In this document: positions 55,871 to 61,934 of the stretch, in pieces
Numbering within the stretch: position 1 is the first letter of the stretch
How the letters are laid out: the number at the start of each line of letters is the position of its first letter
NCBI GenBank assembly: GCA_944381315.1
Contig: CALWKR010000055.1
Coordinates: 1-61,934, forward strand
Reading direction: 5' to 3'
Length of the DNA: 61,934 nucleotides
From: an uncultured Christensenellaceae bacterium
GTDB taxonomy: Bacteria; Bacillota; Clostridia; Christensenellales; UBA3700
The notes under the pieces: generated by a model
Databases searched by the model: none
What the model saw: the letters and a program-made list of their open reading frames with translations, nothing else
What the model was told of the DNA's origin: nothing
Position numbers and translations under genes: made by a program

Positions 55871-56477
55871 GATAGGCGACAGCCTCTATGTCAATCTCAC
55901 CAACAGATGCAGCAACAGCTGCGATTTTTGCGTGCGTAATTACGACGTCGACCACAAACACGGCTACGAGGGCTACGATCTTTGGTTGCATTCCGAGCCG
56001 TCCGCCGCACAGGTCTGCGAACAGGCAAGCGCGGAGCTCGACGCCCACCCCGAGATCGATGAAGTCGTGTTTTGCGGCTTCGGAGAGCCGACCTATCGCA
56101 TGGCGGAGATCTGCGCCGTTGCCGACTTCGCGCATGCGCGCGGTCTGCGCACGCGCATCAATACCAACGGCCAGGGCAGCGAGATCAACGACAGAGACAT
56201 TTCGGCCGACATCGTCGATCACATAGATACCGTCGGCGTCAGCCTCAATGCGACCGATCCCGACAAGTACGACGCGATCTGCCACAGCGTTTACGGCAAG
56301 CGCGGCTTTGAGATCATGCTCGACTTCGCACGCGCCTGCGTCGCGAGAGGCGGCAACGTCGTCTTTTCCGTAGTGGACATCATCGGAGACGGCGAGATCG
56401 CAAAGGCGAAGGCGATCGCGGACAGCATCGGCGCAAAGCTCAGAGTCAGGAAGATGATCGATGGACAAGATCGTTGA
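55851..56477 (+). CDS. Small radical SAM protein, TatD-associated type
   Basis: 208 aa with CSNSCDFC (CxxxCxxC) near the N-terminus. Overlaps tatD by 20 nt and rsmA by 17 nt. Confidence 0.8.
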   Translation: MDRFVYKIGDSLYVNLTNRCSNSCDFCVRNYDVDHKHGYEGYDLWLHSEPSAAQVCEQASAELDAHPEIDEVVFCGFGEPTYRMAEICAVADFAHARGLRTRINTNGQGSEINDRDISADIVDHIDTVGVSLNATDPDKYDAICHSVYGKRGFEIMLDFARACVARGGNVVFSVVDIIGDGEIAKAKAIADSIGAKLRVRKMIDGQDR

Positions 56478-57282
56478 CATCCTCAAACGGCACGGCTTCG
56501 GCTTCGACAAGCGTCTGGGCCAAAACTTCTTGACGGACGGCAACCTGCTGCGTGCCATCGTCGCCGACGCGGGCGTGACGCAGGACGACGCGGTGTTGGA
56601 GATAGGAGCCGGAGCAGGCACGCTCACGCGCGCGCTTGCCGAGAGGGCGGGCAGAGTGGTCGCGATGGAGATCGACCGCTCGCTGAAACCCGTGCTCGCC
56701 GATACGCTTGCGGACTGCCCCAATGCGCAAGTCGTGTTCGAGGACGCGCGCACGACGTCGGACGCGCGGCTGCGCGAGCTTGTCGGCGACCGTTTCAAGG
56801 TGGTCGCCAATCTGCCGTATTACATCACGACTCCGATGATCATGCGCTTTGTCGAGGGCGATATGCGTCCCGAGAGCATGTCGGTAATGGTCCAAAAAGA
56901 AGTCGCGGACAGGCTTGCCGCACGCGAGGGGAGCTCCGATTACGGAGCGATCACCGCGTCCGTCGCGCAGAGCTGCGACGTGTCGATCACGCGCTATGTG
57001 CCGCGCTCCATGTTTACTCCGCCTCCCAATGTGGACAGCTGCGTAGTCAAGTTCGACTTTGTCGAGCGTATGCCTCGCGACGAGGAGAGAGCGGTGAGAG
57101 CGATCATTGCCGCCGCATTTGCGATGCGCCGCAAAACTCTCGTCAACAACCTTGCCGCCGCAGGCTATCCCAAAGAGCGCGTGCTCGCTGCGCTTTCGCA
57201 AATGGAACTGCGCGCCGACGTCAGGGGCGAAGCTCTGTCTCCGACGCAATTCGCACAATTGAAAAATTTGCTGTCCGTGTAG
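56461..57282 (+). CDS. rsmA: 16S rRNA (adenine1518/1519-N6)-dimethyltransferase
   Basis: 273 aa with FGFDKRLGQNFL...EIGAGAGTLT...VANLPYYITTP. Confidence 0.97.
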   Translation: MDKIVDILKRHGFGFDKRLGQNFLTDGNLLRAIVADAGVTQDDAVLEIGAGAGTLTRALAERAGRVVAMEIDRSLKPVLADTLADCPNAQVVFEDARTTSDARLRELVGDRFKVVANLPYYITTPMIMRFVEGDMRPESMSVMVQKEVADRLAAREGSSDYGAITASVAQSCDVSITRYVPRSMFTPPPNVDSCVVKFDFVERMPRDEERAVRAIIAAAFAMRRKTLVNNLAAAGYPKERVLAALSQMELRADVRGEALSPTQFAQLKNLLSV

Positions 57283-57305
57283 GTTATCGCATGTGATCGA
57301 GATCG

Positions 57306-57332
57306 CAGCCGCCGTTTTGGCGGCTGTTTTTT
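57306..57332 (+). terminator. Rho-independent terminator after rsmA
   Basis: CAGCCGCC-GTTTT-GGCGGCTG followed by TTTTTT. Confidence 0.85.
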
Positions 57333-57441
57333 GCGCCTTTTTCGGACAACAAAAAGGCTTTTTCGGCGAATATCGCCACGCGCGTGCAAGTATATTTGAG
57401 TGAGGACGGCAAGAGAGTTGTACGCCGTCCGCGGAGGAGCT

Positions 57442-58209
57442 ATGAACATAGTCAAAAAATTTGTACTCAAAGACGCAGGAGGCGCGGCTGTCGCAGTCGC
57501 GCGCGTCATTGCCAAAGGGGGCAAGAGCCGCGTCGAAGTCGGCGGCACGTCCGATCGAGACGTCATAGTCTGTGCCGACGGGCAGGCAAAACTCGTTGAG
57601 TCCGCGTCCCGAGAGACAGGCGGAGAAGTAGAGGGGATAGTTCTCGTCAAAAGGGGCGAAGTCGTTGCGTGCGCCGGCAGAAAGTTCGACTTTGCCCCAG
57701 CGCTCGCAAAGCAAGACGGAGCGACCTCGGACGCGCCTGCGCCCGTTCAAGTCGAGGCGGTCGCCGCCGACGTTCCGCATGCCGCCGACGTTTCGCAGAG
57801 CGATCCCCAAGCGGCGAGCGTCGCCGATGCAGCAAAACAAAGTCTGCAAGATGGATCCGCCCAAGAGTTGCCGCAAGACGGCGAGAGCGAAAGGCACGGC
57901 GAGTTTTTTGAGCTGATCAAGCCCAAGCTGGACGAGCTCTTTGACGGACGAGAGCGCGTCGAGAGATTGGAGAGCTTGTTCCCGGATTCGCGTTGGGTGA
58001 GAGTAGACGACGGCGACGACGGCGCATATGTCGTCGGGATAGTCGGCGACCCTGCCAAGTTCATCTGTTACGGAGTGCCCGACCAAGACGGCAGCGCGCC
58101 GCCCGACGGAGAAGCGGACAGCCGCGCATGGCTGCCGTTGCCCGAGGGCGGAGGGTATTGGATGATGTATCAATCTGCCGAGGACGGGCGCACGCTTTCG
58201 GCGATATAA
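57442..58209 (+). CDS. Hypothetical protein (255 aa)
   Basis: ATG follows GGAGGA (the track ORF starts at 57400). N-terminal beta-rich segment, acidic/Ala-rich linker, C-terminal FICYGVPDQDG...WLPLPEGGGYWMMYQSAEDG. Confidence 0.6.
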   Translation: MNIVKKFVLKDAGGAAVAVARVIAKGGKSRVEVGGTSDRDVIVCADGQAKLVESASRETGGEVEGIVLVKRGEVVACAGRKFDFAPALAKQDGATSDAPAPVQVEAVAADVPHAADVSQSDPQAASVADAAKQSLQDGSAQELPQDGESERHGEFFELIKPKLDELFDGRERVERLESLFPDSRWVRVDDGDDGAYVVGIVGDPAKFICYGVPDQDGSAPPDGEADSRAWLPLPEGGGYWMMYQSAEDGRTLSAI

Positions 58210-58349
58210 CGCGATACATGTCGCGAAAAACGGCGAGACAAACGCGATCGACGGCGCTGAACGGGCGCATGTTTTGCGCCCGTGTTTCGCCGTCGTCGCG
58301 CGCGAATGTAATAAATAAGTAAAATGTCGCCGCAGCGCGGATAAATGCA

Positions 58350-58378
58350 TTGACCAAATCAAGACCATGACATAAAAT
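58350..58378 (+). promoter_or_regulatory. Promoter for the fused ABC transporter gene
   Basis: TTGACC (58350-58355), 17-nt spacer, TAAAAT (58373-58378). Confidence 0.6.
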
Positions 58379-58406
58379 AAAGATATCAAAACTTGGAAGG
58401 GTATCA

Positions 58407-60836
58407 ATGCTCGAGCTAAATGCGATTACAAAGAATTACCCCGTCGGCGACGGCATCGTTCGCGCGCTCAAGGGGATAGATCTCAAATTCCGCGACACCG
58501 AATTCGTGTCCATACTCGGCCAGTCGGGATGCGGCAAGACCACGTTGCTCAACATCATCGGCGGACTTGACAGATACACGTCGGGCGATCTGCTGATCGA
58601 CGGCGTTTCGACCAAGACATACAAGGACGTAGATTGGGACGCCTACCGCAATTTGAGGATAGGCTTTGTCTTTCAGAGTTACAATCTCATCTCGCATATG
58701 ACGATCTTGGACAACGTCGCGATGGCGCTGACGCTGTCGGGCGTAAGCAGATCGGAACGCAATCGCCGTGCACGCGAGGCGCTCGCCAAGGTCGGATTGT
58801 CCGAGCAGGTAAAGAAGCTTCCCAACCAGCTCTCGGGAGGACAGATGCAGCGCGTCTCGATCGCGCGCGCATTGATCAACGATCCCGAGATCATTCTCGC
58901 CGACGAGCCGACAGGCGCGCTCGACAGCGCGACGAGCATTCAAGTCATGGACATCCTCAAAGAGATCTCCAAGACGCGTCTTATCATCATGGTCACGCAC
59001 AATGCGGAGCTTGCCGAGAGATATTCCACGCGCATAGTGCGGCTCAAAGACGGCGAAGTCATAGGAGATTCCGATCCCTATGACGGCGCGGACGTCGCCA
59101 AAGCCGCTCCTCAGCAGCAGTTGACCGTCAAAGAGAAAAAGAAGAAGCTCAAGCGCACGAGCATGAGCTTCATGACGGCGATCAAGCTGTCTTTCCGCAA
59201 CTTGATGACCAAGAAGGGCAGGACGATCATGACCGCCATCGCAGGCAGCATCGGCATCATCGGCGTCTCGCTCGTCCTCGCGATCTCCAACGGTTTCACG
59301 AGCTATGTGACCAAGTTGCAGACGGACGTGCTTTCGGGCTATCCCATACAGATCGCCGAAAGCACGATGAACACCAATTCCATCATGGCGGCGCTCGCCG
59401 GCATGACGACGGACGGCAGCGAGCAATATCCCGACGGAGATTATGTTCTCGGCTCCGATACGACCGAGATCATGAAGAATTTGATCATCCAAAACGACTT
59501 CAATCAAGACTACATAAACTATGTCCAAGAGGTCGAGGACAACGGCTGGGCGAGCAGCATCGCCTATGGCTACGGCCTCGATATCACGGTCGCGGGAGCG
59601 ACGCGCAACTCTGCCGGAAACGTCACCTATGCTCGAGTGAACCCCGCCGCCGCAGGCTTTGACTTGGGCAGTATGATCAATCCGACCAACATCGCCGATA
59701 TAGGCTGGTATCAAATGGTCGGCGGGCAGGACTTCATCCTGTCGCAATACGATATGATCGCGGGCGACAAGTTCCCGACCGAGAAGAACGAAGTCGTGCT
59801 CGTCGTCGATACCTACAACCAAGTTAACTATGAGGTGCTCATGGGCTTGGGCATAGCCGAGAAAGACTGCGCCAAGGTCAGCTTTGACGACATCATCGGC
59901 ACCAAGCTGACCGTGATCGACAACACGCGGCTGTACAGCGAATATACCGGCTCTTCTACCAGACGGCAATATACGCTCAATGACGATGAAGAGTTCTATC
60001 GTCAATGCTGCGAAGAGGGCGGCGACGGGACTTTGGAGCTCGAAGTCGTCGCGGTGCTCAGACTCAAAGAGGACGTCTTGCTCGGGCTTTTGACGCAGGG
60101 CATCAACTATACCCCCGCGCTGACCGAATATATGATGCAGGTCAACGGCTCCGCGCACGTCACCACGGCGCAGGCGGAAGTTACCGATCACAACATCATC
60201 ACGGGCGATTCGTTCAACAACACCAACACTCACAAGGCGCTCATGCAAGAGCTCGGCGGAGAAAATACCCCCGTAAGCATGAACATCTATCCCGTCGACT
60301 TCGAGAACAAGCAGCTCATCCTCGAGCATCTCGACGCGTGGAACAATACTCATGGCGAAGAAGATCAAGTGATCTATACCGATATGTCCGCGACGGCGAC
60401 GTATATGATGAACGAGATCATCAACATCATCTCGATCGTGCTCGTCTGCTTTGCGGCGATCTCGCTGGTCGTATCGTCGGTCATGATCGGCATCATCACT
60501 TACGTCTCCGTCGTCGAGAGGACCAAAGAGATCGGCATCCTGCGCTCGCTCGGCGCGAGAAAGCGCGACATCTACAACGTATTCAATGCCGAGAGCTTCA
60601 TCGTCGGCTTGTTCGCAGGCATCATCGGCGTGCTTGTGACCTACATCTTGCAAGAGCCGATCAACTTGATCATCTGCGGACTTGCGAGCATGCCGGGATT
60701 GACGCTGTGTTCGTTCAATCCGCTGCACGCGCTGCTCATGGTGGTGATCAGTTTCTGTTTGACGCTGATCGCAGGACTTGTGCCTTCGTCTGTCGCGGCG
60801 AAGAAGGATCCCGTCGTAGCTCTGCGGACGGAATGA
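58407..60836 (+). CDS. Fused ABC transporter (MacB/FtsX-type): N-terminal ATPase plus C-terminal FtsX-like permease
   Basis: 809 aa with Walker [18 protein letters not shown] and ILADEPT. A large extracytoplasmic segment is followed by C-terminal TM helices with [15 protein letters not shown]. Confidence 0.9.
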   Translation: MLELNAITKNYPVGDGIVRALKGIDLKFRDTEFVSILGQSGCGKTTLLNIIGGLDRYTSGDLLIDGVSTKTYKDVDWDAYRNLRIGFVFQSYNLISHMTILDNVAMALTLSGVSRSERNRRAREALAKVGLSEQVKKLPNQLSGGQMQRVSIARALINDPEIILADEPTGALDSATSIQVMDILKEISKTRLIIMVTHNAELAERYSTRIVRLKDGEVIGDSDPYDGADVAKAAPQQQLTVKEKKKKLKRTSMSFMTAIKLSFRNLMTKKGRTIMTAIAGSIGIIGVSLVLAISNGFTSYVTKLQTDVLSGYPIQIAESTMNTNSIMAALAGMTTDGSEQYPDGDYVLGSDTTEIMKNLIIQNDFNQDYINYVQEVEDNGWASSIAYGYGLDITVAGATRNSAGNVTYARVNPAAAGFDLGSMINPTNIADIGWYQMVGGQDFILSQYDMIAGDKFPTEKNEVVLVVDTYNQVNYEVLMGLGIAEKDCAKVSFDDIIGTKLTVIDNTRLYSEYTGSSTRRQYTLNDDEEFYRQCCEEGGDGTLELEVVAVLRLKEDVLLGLLTQGINYTPALTEYMMQVNGSAHVTTAQAEVTDHNIITGDSFNNTNTHKALMQELGGENTPVSMNIYPVDFENKQLILEHLDAWNNTHGEEDQVIYTDMSATATYMMNEIINIISIVLVCFAAISLVVSSVMIGIITYVSVVERTKEIGILRSLGARKRDIYNVFNAESFIVGLFAGIIGVLVTYILQEPINLIICGLASMPGLTLCSFNPLHALLMVVISFCLTLIAGLVPSSVAAKKDPVVALRTE

Positions 60837-60879
60837 CGCAAAAGCCGCGGCTTGCCGCGACGATGATATAACCTCGAAA

Positions 60880-60906
60880 GGGGACGCCTTCGGGCGTCTC
60901 TTTTTT
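60880..60906 (+). terminator. Rho-independent terminator
   Basis: GGGGACGCC-TTCG-GGCGTCTC followed by TTTTTT. Near-copy of the hairpin at 2180-2205. Confidence 0.8.
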
Positions 60907-60909
60907 GAC

Positions 60910-60938
60910 TTGAAAAGCGAGAGAGCATGTGATATAAT
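60910..60938 (+). promoter_or_regulatory. Promoter for the GH16 gene
   Basis: TTGAAA (60910-60915), 17-nt spacer, TGaTATAAT (hexamer 60933-60938). Confidence 0.6.
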
Positions 60939-60972
60939 CAAGTCGACCGCAATTGCGGCAAGGAGGAAGATC

Positions 60973-61821
60973 ATGAAGAAATTGCTTGCGACGATCGCCG
61001 TGACTGCTTTGCTCGTTATTCTCGCTGTCACGGCAGTTTCCTGCATCTACAGTCCCGACGAGGACCACACCGTCGACTACGACGCCATGACGCTGATTTG
61101 GAGCGACGAGTTCGATTCTTTCGACTCCTCCAAGTGGTGGTCGGGCGACGACGGCTTGCGCCGCGGCGGCTATTGGAGCATCGATCAAGTCCAAGTCAAA
61201 GACGGCAACATGGTCATCACGACCGAGTACCTCGAAGACGGCAAGTACGGCGCAGGCTGGTATACGGGCAGCGTCTATACCAAGGACTTGTTTTCAATGA
61301 CAAGCGGCTATGTCGAAGTGCGTTGCAAGATGCCGGCAGGAGCAGGGCATTGGGGAGCCTTTTGGCTCAACTCTCCCGATATGAGTGCGGACGGCAACGG
61401 CACCGAGATCGACGTCGTCGAGAGCGCGCACTATGACGACCCCAAGATGGATCCCAAATACAAGAACACAGCCTTCCATACCATTCACGCCCAAGGCTAC
61501 GGCGACGAGCACAAGTCCAAGCAGTCGCCCTATTATGAAGTCGGCAACGATATCTACAACAACTTCAACACTTACGGCGTCTATTGGGACGAGAACGGCT
61601 ATGAGTTCTACGTCAACGGCATGCGCACTTGGGTCACCGACTTCTATCCTACGACCGCGCCCGAATTCCTTTGGCTGTCAGTCGAAGTGTCCGGCGAGGA
61701 TCCGTCCAACCCCGACAACGTCTATACTTGGGGCGGCGAGATCACGTCCAACGGCGGAAACGACTTTACATCGGAGTTTGTGATCGATTACGTTCGCGCT
61801 TATGAGTGGCACCGCCATTGA
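60973..61821 (+). CDS. Glycoside hydrolase family 16 (beta-glucanase/laminarinase-like) lipoprotein
   Basis: ATG follows AGGAGG. Signal plus lipobox LAVTAVSC. GH16 catalytic motif EIDVVE and GAFWL. Confidence 0.85.
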   Translation: MKKLLATIAVTALLVILAVTAVSCIYSPDEDHTVDYDAMTLIWSDEFDSFDSSKWWSGDDGLRRGGYWSIDQVQVKDGNMVITTEYLEDGKYGAGWYTGSVYTKDLFSMTSGYVEVRCKMPAGAGHWGAFWLNSPDMSADGNGTEIDVVESAHYDDPKMDPKYKNTAFHTIHAQGYGDEHKSKQSPYYEVGNDIYNNFNTYGVYWDENGYEFYVNGMRTWVTDFYPTTAPEFLWLSVEVSGEDPSNPDNVYTWGGEITSNGGNDFTSEFVIDYVRAYEWHRH

Positions 61822-61934
61822 CGGGGAGAGGGCAAGGTTTTGGCTATGTCTTTCGCCCTCACACTGTGTCGCACCTCTCGCTAATACTCTACGAGTATTG
61901 ACCCACGAGGATGCTCCTTGTTTGAGGGCGAAAT

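Noticed and set aside
58416-61046. 876-aa minus-strand ORF opposite the fused ABC transporter. The same pattern occurs at 35259-36977 (lysS), 53049-54509 (metG), 56446-58407, 43664-45151 and 37294-38595.
   Set aside because: Antisense shadows of genes that carry clear Walker/HIGH/KMSKS motifs on the + strand.

Overview
GC-rich (by eye about 55-60%) Firmicutes/Clostridia-like chromosomal window, mostly housekeeping. (1) A complete S10-spc-alpha ribosomal supercluster runs rpsJ to rplQ on the + strand (4.16-19.8 kb) and includes secY, adk, map, a KOW protein, infA, rpmJ and rpoA. (2) A minus-strand B12/one-carbon block holds metF, a stand-alone MetH reactivation-domain protein and a short metH. 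It is followed by a cobalamin riboswitch driving a secreted/lipoprotein plus a multi-TM S-component-like gene pair (20.7-26.3 kb). (3) DnaB(DnaD-domain)/DnaI-type helicase-loader genes, then rex-greA-lysS. (4) A Bacillus-like origin-proximal backbone (decarboxylase-tmk-holB-ricT ... trmN6-rsmI ... metG-tatD-rsmA) interrupted by accessory genes. Accessory content: a 5'-truncated repeat-rich surface protein, a DUF4143 AAA ATPase, a 1300-aa lipoprotein with seven Cys-containing DxNxDGKCDxCG repeats, a 1405-aa very acidic membrane-anchored protein with four internal modules coupled to a PfkB kinase, two ABC systems, spmAB and a GH16 lipoprotein. I saw no rRNA, tRNA, CRISPR array, transposase, integrase or recognisable defence system. 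The features least explained by annotation are: a tandem intergenic repeat family at two loci (3653-3841 and 26401-26647); a 0.9-kb gene-free gap after rplQ holding degenerate repeats, a phased CATAA array and an orphan promoter-to-terminator unit (about 100 nt); a roughly 265-nt hairpin-rich segment ending in its own terminator after the giant lipoprotein gene; paired 44-bp palindromes upstream of the ATPase gene; and lineage-specific ribosomal protein elaborations (a four-Cys uL24 with a Lys/Ala tail, an expanded bL17). All calls come from reading the sequence and ORF track. No database search was run.
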